A DNA stretch of 64,000 nt, taken from the human T2T-CHM13v2.0 reference genome, Homo sapiens. The position numbers and the translations under genes are program-made. Under the pieces are notes generated by a model that did no database searches, had not been told where the DNA came from, and saw only the letters and a list, made by a program, of their open reading frames with translations. Positions 15,842 to 31,180 of this stretch are shown one piece after another (positions within the stretch are counted from its first letter, which is position 1; every line of letters begins with the position of its first letter). The stretch lies in assembly GCF_009914755.1 (NCBI RefSeq), contig NC_060928.1; one strand, given 5' to 3'.

Positions 15842-16004
15842 GTAAGTGCTAATGTGAGGTGATATTTGGGTAATTTTGGCATGTTCAAAACTTATATGTG
15901 GAATGAGAGAGGTTGTTGTTTCATAAATGACTGAAAAAAGTACTTATCTTTTGAGTTTAATTTTAAGTAATGAAAAAGATAATTCCTTAGCATATATTGT
16001 TGAC

Positions 16005-16760
16005 CATGTTATCTGTTGCTATTTAACAAATTACCCCCCAAAACTTAGCAGCTTAAGGTAACTACTTATTTTGTTCTTGATATTGAGTCAACGACTTGGG
16101 AAGGGCTCAACTGGGCAATTTTTGCTTGTGGTCTTTCATATAGTTGTTATTAGACATGGCGAGGGCTAATCATCTCAAAGCTTCTTTTTTTCGTTTCCTT
16201 TTTAAAAAACTGTTTTTGTGGATACACAGTAGCTATATATAGTTTTGGGGTATATGAAGTATTTTGATAGAGGCATGGAGTGCATAATAATCTCAGGGTA
16301 AATGGAGTATCCATCACCTCAAGCATTTATCCCTTGTGTTACAAACAATCCAATTACACTCTTAATTATTTTTAAGTGTACAATTAAATTATTGAATATA
16401 GTTCAAAGACTTCTTCATTCATGACTAGCACCTAGGCTAAAAAAATTCAGACACCTGGGCTCCTGGGATCAATCACGCATACTGTGTCTCTTGTGCTCAC
16501 TCCCGCTGTCTCTCTCTCTTTCTCTCGCTTCCTTTTTCCTCTCTCTCTGTGGTTTTCTAGGGTGGTGGCCTCAGGGAATTGGATTTCTTATATTATAGCT
16601 CAGGATTCCCAAGAGGGCTGTTTTTAATGTAGCCAAAGAAGTCTTGCAGCGTGACTTGTTTTATTCTATTCATTGAGGCAGTCACAGAGGCCCGACCACA
16701 TTCAGAGGAGGGACATACACTTGCTGGGACAAGTGTAAGAGAATTCATGATCATGTTTTA
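16005..16760. mobile_element. MLT1-type LTR interrupted by an L1M fragment (about 16200-16400)
   Basis: tatctgttgctatttaacaaattacccc...aacttagcagcttaa is an MLT1-like end; internal L1MA-like ggggtatatgaagtattttgatagaggcat. Confidence 0.5.
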
Positions 16761-16769
16761 AAACCACTT

Positions 16770-17276
16770 TTATTAGTTTCCTATTGCTGCTGTAATAAAT
16801 TACCACAACTTAATGGCTTAAAAGCCACACAAATTTAATATCTTACAGTTCTGCAAATCAAAAGTCTGAAACGGATCTCACTGTGCTAAAATTAAGGTGT
16901 TCGTAGGGCATTCTGGAGGCTGTAGGAGAGAGTCTTGTTTTTTGCCTTTTCTGGCTATTAAAAGCTGCCAGCATTCCTTGGCTCCTGGCTGTCTATTTGC
17001 ATCTTCAAAGCCAGCAGTAGCTGGTCAAGTCTTTCTCTTGTCTCATCACCCTGACCCAAACTCTGCTAAATCTCCCTTCCACATTTGAAAAACCTTTGTG
17101 ATTACTTTAGGCCCACGCAGATAAATCAGAAAATAATCTCCTTTTTCAAGGTCAGTTGCTTCGAAACTTTCTTTCTGCCACCTTGATTCCTCCTTGCCAT
17201 GCAACGTAATGTAATCACAGGTTCTGGGAATTAAGTTATGGACATCTTTGATGAGCCATTATTCTGCCTCATACCA
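16770..17276. mobile_element. MLT1 (MaLR) solo LTR
   Basis: tattagtttcctattgctgctgtaataaattaccac...tcttacagttctg...ggacatctttg...attctgcctcatacca. Confidence 0.75.
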
Positions 17277-17708
17277 GTATAGGGTATTAGCTTGAAAGGA
17301 CACTGCAGACTCAGTTAAATTACTAGATCTATAAATACATGCCTTTTTCCATCAAGAAATTAAGGCAGCTGGGTCTTATGCCCTGGGACATTGCTTCTTT
17401 TGGATTTATAAAATAACAAAATTTGTTGATTAATGGTCTATCAGTAAATATAATTTCTTATGTGACTATCAGTGATATATATGGGGAAGCACATATCAGC
17501 TTATTCTTGTTCTTTAAATTACTACCCCTGTACTTCATGTAATAGTATTTGCTAGTGATGATGTGCTTTTACAGATGTAAATTAATGTGGAATAACAGCT
17601 TTGTTTCTACAAAATTAGAGTGGTTTTAGTTTTTGAAATAAGGTCTCTTTTCTCTTGTCCTAAGTCTGTAGTCCACTGAGTATCTAGAGTTAAATAATAG
17701 AAAAGCCT

Positions 17709-18032
<324 letters not shown>

Positions 18033-18359
18033 CTAAACATTTTACCTTTTTTTCTTAGGGAATCAAGTTAAAAGAGCTGTTAAAGCTCTTTTTCCTACAA
18101 TAAGTAAGTGTTGGGTAAATCCCAACTTTCTCACAGTCAGTTGAACTACAAGAAGCTGGAGGCAATTGGCAGGCCTTTGTTAAGTCCTACCTTTGACTCA
18201 GCTCTGGCTGAAGGATCATACCTGGCAAGAGAGTGTAAAACACACTTTGATTTTTTCTATTGTTTATCCTTTTAATGATCCTAAGAGACTCAAGAGTACA
18301 TGCCATCATTTTGTGTTTGGCTCATTTCATATTCAGAGGAGTTTATTACTCTTTCAGTA

Positions 18360-18672
<313 letters not shown>

Positions 18673-19661
18673 TCTTTCAGTAGTCTTTAAATGATCTTGC
18701 TTATGGTGCTTCTTATCCCTGTTTATTATCCTTATTAAATTTAATCAATAAATATTTTTCTCTTTTTAATTGATTCATATAAATAGACTTACCTGAGAGA
18801 TATAGGTTCAGTTCAGAGCACCACAATAAAGTGAATATCATAATAAAGCAAGTCACATAAAAGTCTTAGTTTCTTAGTGCATATAAAAGTTCTGTTTACA
18901 CTATGCTGTAGTCTTATGTGTACAATAGCATTATGTCTTTTAAAAAAGTAATACTTTAATTTAAAAATACTTGATTGCTAAAAAATGCTAATAGTAATCT
19001 GAGTCTTCAGTGAATTGTAATCTGTTTTGCTTCTGTAGGGTCTTGCCTTGATATTGGTGGTTGCTAGAGGTAGGACTGGCTGTAGCAATTCTTAAAATAA
19101 GATAACAGTGAAATTTGCCGCATTGATTGACACTGCCTTTCATGAAAGATTTCTCTGTAGCATGTGATGCTGTTTGATACCATTTTACCTACAGTAGACC
19201 TTCTTTTCAAAATTAGAGTCATCCTCTCAAACCCTGCTACTGCTTTATCAACTAAGTTTAAGGAAAATTCAAAATCTTTTGTCCTTTTAACAATGTTCAC
19301 AACATCTTTACCAGGACTGGATTCTACCTCAAGAAACCACTTTCTTTGCTCATCCATAAGAAGTAACTCCTTATACATTCAAGTTTTTTAAATGAGATTC
19401 TAGCAATTCAGTCACATCTTTAGGCTACGCTTATCATTCTAGTTCTCTTGCTATTTCCACCACTCTGTAGTTACTTCTTCAACTGAAGTCTTGAACCCCT
19501 CAGAGTCATTCATGAGAGTTGGAATCAACTTCTTCCAAACTCCTGTTAATATTGATATTTTGACCTCCTCCCATGAAACGTGAATGTTCTGGATGGCATC
19601 TAGAATGGTGACTACTTTTTGAACATTTTCAATTTATTTTGCCCGGATCAATCAGAGAAGT

Positions 19662-20394
19662 TGTTATCAGTGGTGGGTTTCCAAGTTGTCAGGGGCGAAC
19701 CATACAGATCTTCAGCAACCTCAACTCTTGCCTTCTCAGAGGAAAGAATTCTACGGAGGGACATAAGGCAGAAAAAGAGACTGAGGCAAGTTTTAGAGCA
19801 GGAGTGAAAGTTTATTATTAAAAAGCTTTAGAGTGGGAATGAAAAGAAATTAAAATACACTTGAAAGAGGGCCAAGTGGGCATCTTGGAAGACAAGTGCC
19901 CCATTTGACCTTGGACTTAGGGTTTTATATGTTGGCATACTTCTGGCATCTTGCATCCCTATTCCATTGATTCTTCTTTTGGGGTGAGTTGCCCACATGC
20001 TCAGTGGCCTGCTAGCACTTGGGAGGGGAGTGTGCACAGTGTATTTACTGGAGTTGTATGCATGCTTACCTGAGGTGTTTGTTGCTTACCAGCCAAATGT
20101 CCCTAGGAGGTCATATTCATAAACTCCATGATTTTGCCTCTAAATGTGCATGCTTGAGCCCACTCACCCAACTCCTGGGATCTTATCGGAAAGCTGCCGA
20201 TCGCTAGTTTCAGGTGTTTCTATCTATTGGAAGATGGCCTTTCCCTGATGCTGGCTGCAACCAATTATTACTTTAGAGAGAGAGCATGAGAGCTGTCTCA
20301 CCATCATCACCTGATGGTTGCCTGACATTCCTGGTGGGGTTGGGAGGATGCCTGTCCTGCCCTGCTCATGCCTGACTAGCTACCTGCTGTAACA
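19662..20394 (-). mobile_element. ERV1 solo LTR, MER50-like, nested in Tigger1
   Basis: TGTTA...TAACA termini with near-duplicated flanks gaagt/aaagt. Reverse strand begins TGTTACAGCAGGTAGCTAGTCAGGCATGAGCAGGGCAGG like MER50; aataaa on minus strand near 19811. Confidence 0.8.
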
Positions 20395-20770
20395 AAAGTA
20401 CTATCTATGGTAGCTGTAGCCATAGGAAATGCATTTCTTCAGTAAAACTTAAAAGTCAAAATTAGTCTTTAAAACAACATGAATCTCCTTGTACATCTCC
20501 ATCAGAGCTCTTGGAAGACCAGGTGCATTATTAGTGATGAGTAATGTTTTAAAAGGAATCTTTTTGTCTGAGCAGTAGGTCTCAACAGTGGGCTTAAAAT
20601 AGTTAGTAAACCATGCTGTAAACAGATATGCTGTTATCCAGGCTTTGTTATTCCATTTATAGAGCACAGAGAGAGTAGATTGGCATAATTTAAGGATTAC
20701 TTAAAAAAAAAGTCTTTGATTACTCTCAAAAAAAAGTCACGTCTCTCACTTTATATCAACAGCTAAAAAT

Positions 20771-20985
20771 GGCCAGGTATTGTGGCTCACGCCTGTAATC
20801 TCCATGCTTTGGGAGGCCAAGGCAGAAGGATCACTTGAGGTCAGGAGTTAGAGACTAACCTGGGCAACATAGTAAGACCCATCTCTACAAAAAAAAAAAA
20901 AAAAAAAAAAGAAAGCCAGGTGTGGTGGTGCACGCCTGTAGTCCCAGCTACTCACGAGGCTGAGTCGGCAGGATCACGCCCAGCC
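20771..20985 (+). mobile_element. Truncated Alu inside Tigger1
   Basis: Left arm, long A linker, right arm breaking off after ggcaggatcacgccc. Confidence 0.85.
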
Positions 20986-22110
20986 AAGAGACGTGACTTC
21001 TGCTTTCAGTTGTACACTTAGAGACCATTGTAGGGTTCTTAGTTGGACTAATTTCAATATCATTGGGTCTCAGGGAATAGGGAAGCCTGAGAAGAGGGAG
21101 AGACAGGGGAACAGCCAGTTAGTGGAGCAGTCAGACCACATACAACACTTATTAAGTTCACTTTCTTCTATGGGCATGGTTCATGGTGCAGTAAAACAAC
21201 TGTAACAGGAACATCAAAGATCATTAATCACAGAGCACTGTAACATATAATAATAGTGAAAATTTTCAAAGTATTGAGAGAATTAGCAAAACATGATACA
21301 GAGACACAAAGTGACCACATGCTGTTGGAAAAGTAGTGCTGATGGACTAGCTTGATGCAAGGATGTCATAAACCTCAATTTGTGAAAACTGCAACATGTG
21401 TGAAGCACAGTAACACAAAGCATAGTAAAACAAGATATGTCTGTATATCAGTCAAAATATTGGGCAACTCTGATAAGTTTGTCCACTTAACATTGTACCA
21501 CTTAAGATGAATAGCATCTACCATTTCCGTCATTTGTAAATATATAGGAGGACATAATCACATAATCTTGAAGTAAAAGACAGTGCTTAAAACTGAATCA
21601 GTTAAGTTTTATGAAAAATACTTCATATTGTACTTTTAAAAATATATATTTTTTAATTTCAATAGCTTTTGGGTTACAAGTGGTTTTGGTTACGTGGATG
21701 AATTCTATAATGGTGAAGTCTAAGATTTTACTGCAACTGTCACCCAAGTAGTATATATTGTATCCAGCATATTGTCCTTTTTTTTTTCTTTTTTTTTTTT
21801 CATTTCACCATGGACTAATGAAAATTTTGTTAGGGACTGACATTAGGGCACCCTTGAGCTACCTTGAGCTAAAGGAAATAACCCTTGAATTTTTTTCTGT
21901 TTGGCCTAGAGAATGTGGTTTGTTTTGTAACTGAATTCATGGGATTGTTAAGGTACAAGATTTTGCTTTAGTTTTATTTGTACTAGGATTTTGCTATATT
22001 AATACAATGTGAAAAGAATCAAAAGTGTTAGAAATAAATGCATAGAATGTAAGTTTCAGGCATGTGAGTAGAGGATCTCTGCTCCATAAAGAGTTCTGTT
22101 GTTGTTATAG

Positions 22111-22297
22111 GTTCCATCAGGCTTGTTCATCCCCAGCATGGCCATTGGAGCGATCGCAGGAAGGATTGTGGGGATTGCGGTGGAGCAGCTTGCCTACTAT
22201 CACCACGACTGGTTTATCTTTAAGGAGTGGTGTGAGGTCGGGGCTGATTGCATTACACCTGGCCTTTATGCCATGGTTGGTGCTGCTGCATGCTTAG
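22111..22297 (+). CDS. CLCN3: CLCN3 coding exon (187 nt) with GLFIP motif
   Basis: ttatag|GTT ... TTA G|gtaata; phase 0-1; [17 protein letters not shown] signature. Confidence 0.97.
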
Positions 22298-23997
22298 GTA
22301 ATATGGCTGTGTCTGCCTGTGTGTGGATGTTTGCAAGTCTGAGAGAGCCAAGAGAAAGTGGGACACATTCTTGCTTAATTGGTGGGCGGATTGGTTGAGT
22401 AAAGGAGGGTGCCAGGAGGAGATGTTTTAACAGATAAGAAACAGTAGTACTATTAGGGTATTATACAGTACCGGTTTTCTGTCTTACAACATTTGTTAAT
22501 ACAAGAATTTAATGGCATTAGCATATTGTAATATAACTTAATACACTATGGCAGAAGCCATCTAAGTACAACATAAGCTTAATTTGAATCCTGACCAAAG
22601 ATGTCTTTGATTCTTTCATCGTTAAGGATCTTGGCTTACCTATAACAACTATAGCATAATACCTAAGATTAGCATTGCAACAGAGTTTCAGAGTAGGTTT
22701 ACTTTGGTTCTGAAATGATTTATTGTTAGCCTTAGTAAAAGATGTATTTACCCATGCTCCATCATCTAAGGTATATTTGTAACAAAATGAGAAAAGGTAA
22801 CTTCATTTTAATGAGAAGAAAAGCAAAATACCTACATTAAGTACTTGAGTCTATTTAATGTCTGTTAGGGCAGGAAAAAATGGTTATTGCTTTTCATATT
22901 TAAAATATCAGCTACACTCTGGTGATAATATTAATGGTTGCCATTTTGACCAGTTTTGTTTAGTGAATAAAAATTATGTGATTATTGATCTTTAAAAATG
23001 TAATATCAATTAAAAGGAAAGGACAGACTCATTTTCACCAAAGTAGCAAGTATTTATTAAATGTCCACTTTCTTTTTAGCATTGTGCTAGATACAGTGCA
23101 TAATACAAAAAGAACATGGACCCAATCTCGACTCTAATCAAGTTGAGGAGACAAGATGAACACTGAGAATACAATAGTGAGGAATACTAACAAATATATA
23201 CAAGGTTAAAAGAGTCTAAGTATGGTAGGAATATAGGGGAAGAAAGAGCTGAAGTACTTCAGGAAGAGTAGAACATGAGCTTTATTTAAAAGATTAGCAG
23301 AATTTAAGGAAAAGGTGACTTTGTTGAAGATTATAATGTGAAGACAAAGGAACGAGGATGGGAATAAATTTTGTATTCATGAGGCTTTGAAGAAATTGAC
23401 TCTAGAGAGTATATTTTGGGTACTTTTGGGAAATGAAGTTGGATTAGTGAGAAGGAACAGATTATGAAAAGACAAGAAACCTGATTAATGTCAGGATGAT
23501 TTTATATTTGAAGTTGGTCAGATTTATGGCAGTCCTGGCTTTGCCATTTTTAGTTTGATGACTTTGAGAAAGTTCCTTCTTGAAGTTTTAATTTTCTGTA
23601 TATAAAAAGTAATAACACCTGGTGATCTGCTAGGTTTGTTTTGAGGATTATATGAGATAAAATGCATGCAAAACTGTTATAATAGTGCCTGGTAAAATAA
23701 GTGCCTAGTTTTAAAAACAAGTCTTTGTAAACTGCTTAGGACATGCCTGGTATAGGGTAGGTATGTAATACATAGTAGGTAGGATCTGTCTCCTTGCTAT
23801 TTTTAGGTAAAAAAACAAAAGGAAGAGCTTCAGCTTAATACAGTATGAACTGACGAGCCCTGGTAGGTTTTTGAGCAAAAGAGCAACACAGTAAAAGTAG
23901 TACTTAGGAAAGATTAACAAGGGAACATGGCTTATACAGTGGTAATGGGGCCTGGAGTCAAGGAGGTAAGATAAAATGGTATTATAATTAAGGAATA

Positions 23998-24135
23998 GCC
24001 AGGCACGATGGCACATGCATGTAATGCCAGCTACTGGAGAGGCTGAGGTGGGAGGATCATGGGAGTCCAGGAGTTTGAGACCAGCCTGGGCAACTGAGTG
24101 AGACCCCAAATCCTAAAAAATACAAAGTAAAAAAG
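23998..24135 (+). mobile_element. Alu monomer (FLAM-like)
   Basis: gccaggcacgatggcacatgc...ggagtttgagaccagcctgggc plus A-rich tail. Confidence 0.8.
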
Positions 24136-24211
24136 GAATAAAGTCATGAGGGCTTGGACTGGATTGATAACAGTGAGAATACCGAGAAAGGGACCATAGG
24201 CAGTGTGAACG

Positions 24212-24442
24212 CAGCTCACTGCAGCCTCAAACCCCAGCCCAAACGAGCCTCCCACCTCAGCCTCCCAAGTAGCTGGGACCACAGACATACACCACCATGC
24301 ATGACTACTTTTTTTAGTTTTTACTTTTGTAGAGACAGGGTCTCACTGTATTGCCCAGGCTGGTCTCAAACTCCTTGACTTAAGTGATCTTCCTGCCTTG
24401 GCCTCCCAAAGTGATTACAGGCATGAGCCACAGTGCCTGGCC
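24212..24442 (-). mobile_element. Partial AluJ
   Basis: cagctcactgcagcctcaa...gagccacagtgcctggcc. Confidence 0.85.
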
Positions 24443-24980
24443 CAAATAGTTTTCTGTGAGTGAATATTACTTGCATCGTTAATGTAAATCAAAGGCATCA
24501 AAGTATTTTACTCTTTTTGAAAAAAATTTAGAGGAGAAATTTATTATATTAATATTCTACCCATATATGAGTTTAATTTGTAAATTGTAGCAAAGCATGA
24601 TGTGCTTTACTAAATTCCTTTATAATTAGAATAAGCTTTTATAAGGGTGAAATTATGTCTTTGCTACAGCACTAAACCAAAATGGCAAAATTGTTTTAGT
24701 CGGTAAGCTTTGCTTTTTTAAAATATGAAATAAACAGGTTTTTAAAATGTTATTTTAATAGTCTTCTCTGTTATAAACAAAGAAAATTGGTGTTTCTCTA
24801 GAGCTTATTAAAAGTAGTGATTATTGTCCTAAAAGAGGAGTAGCAGTTTTAGATGCTAATGCTTTTCCCTGACTGAGTTCTATTTGCCATTTAGTTTTAA
24901 CTGCCTAGTGCAAAAATTCTAATAAAATGTAATGATGAGGATCCTGTCCTTCCTGACCAGTGGGTGCTTACTTTTTTCAG

Positions 24981-25379
24981 GTGGTGTGACAAGAATGACT
25001 GTCTCCCTGGTGGTTATTGTTTTTGAGCTTACTGGAGGCTTGGAATATATTGTTCCCCTTATGGCTGCAGTCATGACCAGTAAATGGGTTGGAGATGCCT
25101 TTGGCAGGGAAGGCATTTATGAAGCACACATCCGATTAAATGGATACCCTTTCTTGGATGCAAAAGAAGAATTCACTCATACCACCCTGGCTGCTGACGT
25201 TATGAGACCTCGAAGGAATGATCCTCCCTTAGCTGTCCTGACACAGGACAATATGACAGTGGATGATATAGAAAACATGATTAATGAAACCAGCTACAAT
25301 GGATTTCCTGTCATAATGTCAAAAGAATCTCAGAGATTAGTGGGATTTGCCCTCAGAAGAGACCTGACAATTGCAATAG
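24981..25379 (+). CDS. CLCN3: CLCN3 coding exon (399 nt): [18 protein letters not shown]...GIYEAH...CBS1...DLTIAI
   Basis: ttttcag|GT ... ATA G|gtaccc; phase 1-1; includes the central Tyr (GIYE) and the first CBS domain. Confidence 0.98.
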
Positions 25380-27039
25380 GTACCCTTTCAAAAATATATA
25401 TATGTATATATGAGATGGATTTCTGGAAGAAAGGAAAGCAATAAGCAGTAACATTTAATGGGTTGGATTTGTGGGGGCAAGGGACGTTATTTTATGTCCC
25501 TTAAAATCTTCTGTTCTTTAGGAAAGGAAGGTATGCTTCAGTGGATGATTTTCTGCTATTTAGCAGAAAATCTGTATTTCAGTTTTGTCTTTTGATCTGG
25601 CATTGTACCAGAAATTGGAGTCAGATTATTTTCCCACTCAGATAAGCCTAGATAAGTTGATCTTGGTTATTCAAAACAGCATGTAATATAAGACCTTAGC
25701 TAAATGCATTCAGTCAAATACATTCTTGTATTTAATAAAGTTGGCTTATTGGAATACAAGTTATTGAAAATCTCATCTTCATCAGTCTCTTTCATATTAG
25801 AATAACACTGTTTTGCTTTATCAGTCTTTGGGGTTAGAATTATAATATTAATTTATAATATCTGATTTAAAGTGACAATCACTGAGATTTTTATTTCTGA
25901 TCAAATGCCAGGTTGAAAAAGTATAACGTATCAGTCCTGTTGTGTTTTATGCAGACTTTCCTGAAAATACTGTTTAAAGGTATTAGCCATAGTGTATTTC
26001 TTGGAGATAAATTAAACTTTCTATAGTTCTGTTTCTCTAAAATTTGTTTTTCTCTTTACCTTATAGTCCCGCAGTATTGATGAGGAGACCATTAAGACTT
26101 AATATTTTTTTGACACAATCTTATATCTCTTCCTCCAACCCCTAAAAAGTGACTGAGGATAGGTACATCAAGCCATTGCTTTGTTACTCCCCAGGTTTTA
26201 GTGCCAGACCCTGAATGGAAGTGTCAAGCCTTTGGCCTGTCTGAAAGGTCATTCCTGTGAGCATATCATCTCCCTTCCAGCTTACCTCTGTGGCCATTGC
26301 AAAAGGATTTAAAAATAATTTTTGTGCCATTTGAATGGCACAAGACCAGACAGTGTATGTGGGGGAGTGTTTCTCAAATCAAACTGGAAACTCTTTAATT
26401 TGTAAGAACCATTAAGCAGAGAGAGAAAAAAGAAAGGAAAAGAAAAAAGATCCTACAGAGAACACCCTGTTCAGTTTGGGAACAGGCTACAGCTTTGGAT
26501 TTTTCAAGGCCTAGCATTCCCATCATTCTAAATTTTACTTAGCTAATACAATAGTAGTTGCCAGAGCTGATGACATAGTATTTTGTCATGCTTGGCTCCG
26601 TTCAAGCATTTTAGTTTTTTAGCCATTACCATGGCTAGACCCAGTCAAAAGAATTTCATTGTTTAAGATTCCCATTCTCTAGTTTTTACTAGTAGCCAGC
26701 CAAAGAAAAGAAAAAGGAGGTCAGAATTTCGGTATTTACATAGAAATTTAAGGGGAAAAGGCCAGGCATGTTTTTAAAGTGTGGAAATTAAGAACTATTC
26801 ATTATCCCACTGATTGTGTGGATGTGTTTTTTAAAGTTTTGTTACTGTCTTGAGAGAGAGAATATTGAGATAGGACATAATGTTGGTTTAAGGGAATGAG
26901 GGTACTTTCTGTAGGTGAGGTGCCAAGCCATGTCATCAGAAATGTTAGTCACATGACTTTCTAAGCACACCTTAAATGTTTTACCGTGTATGTTTTTGTA
27001 AAGTTTTAAATTTTTAACTGGGAAAAACAGACCTGTATA

Positions 27040-27330
27040 TTAAGTTTTATATATATATATAAATTTAAAATTACATATATATGTTTATATATGTAACTTT
27101 TATATGGGAGAGATATATATTTCTATATCCTCTATAAAAAAACATATCTATATATGAAAATTATGTACGTAAATGTTAATTTATAATTAATTATATAAAT
27201 ATTAACATAATTACATTATATATATAGAAAACCTAGTGTACAGATCTGTATATAAATTAAAAATGTATGTGTTATATATAGTTACATCATATAATACATA
27301 TAATTGATATATATAATGATAAATACTTTA
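27040..27330. repeat. AT-rich low-complexity (TA)n-like tract
   Basis: Degenerate atatat repeats seen directly. Confidence 0.8.
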
Positions 27331-27465
27331 TTGAAGGATGAAAAAATTTCCATGCTGTCTCATAAAATAAGATGGTTGACATATGCTAAACTAGATAGAT
27401 TCTCCTGTTTCATACTAAAGCAGAATGTTGTAAAATATTAAATCCAAATGAGATGTCTCAGATTA

Positions 27466-27967
<502 letters not shown>

Positions 27968-27970
<3 letters not shown>

Positions 27971-28178
27971 GAGGCCAGGGTGGGAGGTTTGTTTGGCACC
28001 AGGAGATCAAGACCAGCTTGGGTAACATAGCAAGACCTTTGTCTCTACCAAAAAAAAAAAATTGGGTGTGGTGGTGCCACCTGTATTCCTAGCTACTGGG
28101 AACACTGATGCAGGAGGATCCCTGGGACTCTAGAGTCCAGAGTGAGACCCTGTCTCTAAAACAAACAAACAAACAAAA
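27968..28178 (+). mobile_element. Degenerate, internally deleted Alu
   Basis: tgggaggccagggtgggagg...gaccagcttgggtaacatagcaagacc...gagtgagaccctgtctct plus (aaac)n tail. Confidence 0.75.
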
Positions 28179-28380
28179 ACTGTATTTATGTAAAAGTAAT
28201 ACTTGTTTTTTAAATTTTATTTATTTTTAATTGATAAAAATTGTATGTATGTTTATGTGATGTATATATTGTGGAATGGTTAAATCAGGCTAATTAACTC
28301 AGATTTTTTGTGTGTGTGGGGAGAATATCTAAAATCCCTCTCCTTAGCAGTTTCCAAATGAAATGAAAGAATAAAAGTGA

Positions 28381-28674
28381 TTTATTTTTTTGAGACAGCA
28401 TCTCACCCTGTTTCTCAGGCTGGAATGCAGTGGCACGATCTTGGCTTACTTGATCCTCGACTTCCCTGGCATCCGGTGATCCTCCCACTTCACTCTCCTA
28501 ATTAGCTAGGACTACAGGCATGCGCCACCATGACTGGCTAATTTTTGTATTTCTTGTATAGGCAAGGTTTTGCCATGTTGCCCAGGCTGGTTTCAAGCTC
28601 CTGGGCTCAAACGATCCACCTGCCTCAGCCTCCTGAAGTGCTGGGATTACAAGTGTGAGCCACCACACCTGGCG
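28381..28674 (-). mobile_element. AluJ-like
   Basis: Diverged reverse Alu. Confidence 0.88.
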
Positions 28675-28982
28675 AAAAGTGTTATTTTTTTAAATGACAA
28701 ATTTAAGTCAAAGAGATTGAATGTTCACTTCTGGTACTTTGTATATAAGAGAAACATTCCATTAAATAATTTTTTAAACATTTCTAAAATTACATATTTT
28801 GTCATTAAATGTTTAAACAATCAGTATAATTTCATTGATACAGTGTTTGTTATTTTGTCGGTGTTTAAGATTGATAATTGGGGTTAGTTTTAATTCAGAA
28901 TGTTATTCTATTTAATGTCACACTTCATGTCTTTTTATTTTGTATATCTATTAATGAATTATTTTAGCTATAGTTATTACTG

Positions 28983-29100
28983 TTTTAGAGATGAGGTCTT
29001 CTATGTTGCCCAGGGTAGACTTGAACTCCTGGGCTTCAGCAATCCCCTCCTCAACCTCCGGAGCACATGAGATTAGAGACGTGTGCCACTGTATCTGGCC
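28983..29100 (-). mobile_element. FLAM-like Alu monomer
   Basis: tagagatgaggtcttctatgttgcccagg...; flanks gct(a/g)tagttatt. Confidence 0.75.
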
Positions 29101-29447
29101 TGCTGTAGTTATTTTTAATTCTTTTGTCTTTCAACTTTTATACTAGAGTTAGAAATGATTTACAAACCCTATTGCAGTTTTAGAGCGTTATGAATTTGAC
29201 TATATATTTCTTATAACAACTTAACTTCAGTTGCTTACAAAAACTACAGAGTTTTACTCCCCCGTCCACATTTTATACTATTGATGTCACACTTTACATC
29301 TTTTTATTTTGTGAATCCATTAATGATACTTCTGGTAGTTTTTACACTCCACTATTCAGTTGTCAGACACCATTCAGTTGTTAGATTGTTATGAGCTAAA
29401 AGCAACTTAATGGGTATTTTTCAAAAATCATTTATGTCAATTGCTAA

Positions 29448-29783
<336 letters not shown>

Positions 29784-29978
29784 TAAGTACTAGTTGCTGG
29801 GGCTTTACTTAGTGCCCTCCTACTCAAATGTGTTAGAACATAGTTAAGAAGGCTGTAGTGTTCAAAAGGAGTAAAAAGCAGTGCAGTGTTTGCAGTAATA
29901 TCTGCTTCTCAATTTAGGACTGATGCTTATTATGGCTTAAATGTTTTTGTAGTAAAATTTGTATTCAAAAAATATATA

Positions 29979-30264
<286 letters not shown>

Positions 30265-31180
30265 AAAATATTTTCACTATAACAAATATCATATCTGTAT
30301 ATACTCAGTTTTAATACTAACTCAAAGTAGAAACATAAAGCTGAATGACTATTTTATTTTCAGATTCTCTCCATTGAGTTTCCTTCTCCGTCTTGTGTGA
30401 TCTCTGAACTTTTCTCCATCTTTGCCACTTCTTGTCTAGCATTTTTTTTTTATCAGCAGTTTCATTCAGATTTTTTTTTTAGTTCTTTCAACGGTGGAGT
30501 GGAAGTAGGCAGCAGGACAGAAGAACTTGAAGCAGAGCACACTGGAGAGGAGAAATTAACAAAGCCTTTATGAATAAAACAACCCCCCAATATCAGTCTG
30601 TGTGCATTATGAGCATAATTGTACTTTCATCTCATCTGTAATGTTCATGACTTTTCTAGAAAATTATACTTTAACATGAGAAAAGAAAAAGAACCAGCTA
30701 ATTCATAGGGATGGAGGACACAGCATAGTCAAAGCAAGAATGAAACTCTCTTTAGTGCCACCTCCAGTGCAGAATAAGTAACATTCAGCAGAGGCAGGTT
30801 TCATTTGATAATGGATTCCTATAATAAACTGCGCTCAGAATTTGTGCAGGTTTTAAAATCCCGTATTCCAAACCCACTTCCTTAGCCCCCAAGTTAGAAA
30901 ACAGCTTCAGTAAAGAAAATTGTACGATGATATAACTTTACCAAAAAATAATTTCTTTCCATGAAGATGATATATTATTGTTGACTTCTAATTCAATCAA
31001 ATATAAACAATTGCTAAATGGCTTTTCAGTTGACTCCTTTCTTGGTTAAGGAGAAGATAGGAAAAAATGAAGGGATCAGAAGTCATAGGATACATTAATT
31101 TTTTTTATCTCTGAATAAACAGGTTGCCTACTTAAAAATCTATCAGTTTAAAAGTGTTGGTCTCTTCTCTCTCTTTTCAG

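Larger units (their letters stand above)
18784..21443 (-). mobile_element. Tigger1-like DNA transposon (internally deleted) with decayed pogo-family DDE transposase
   Basis: Both termini resemble the CAGGCATACCTC terminal inverted repeat; TA follows at 21444. Minus-strand ORFs 20449-20667 (NNKAWIT...FKPTVETYC...NAPG) and 19064-19378 (ELLLMDEQRKWFLE) match recalled Tigger1 transposase. Confidence 0.85.

Noticed and set aside
19064-20667. Transposase-like ORFs as a domesticated TIGD gene
   Set aside because: Short fragments split by an LTR insertion and an internal deletion; a decayed Tigger1
24932-24980. In-frame ATGATG upstream of the 399-nt CLCN3 exon as an alternative start
   Set aside because: Intronic extension of the exon frame; no promoter evidence
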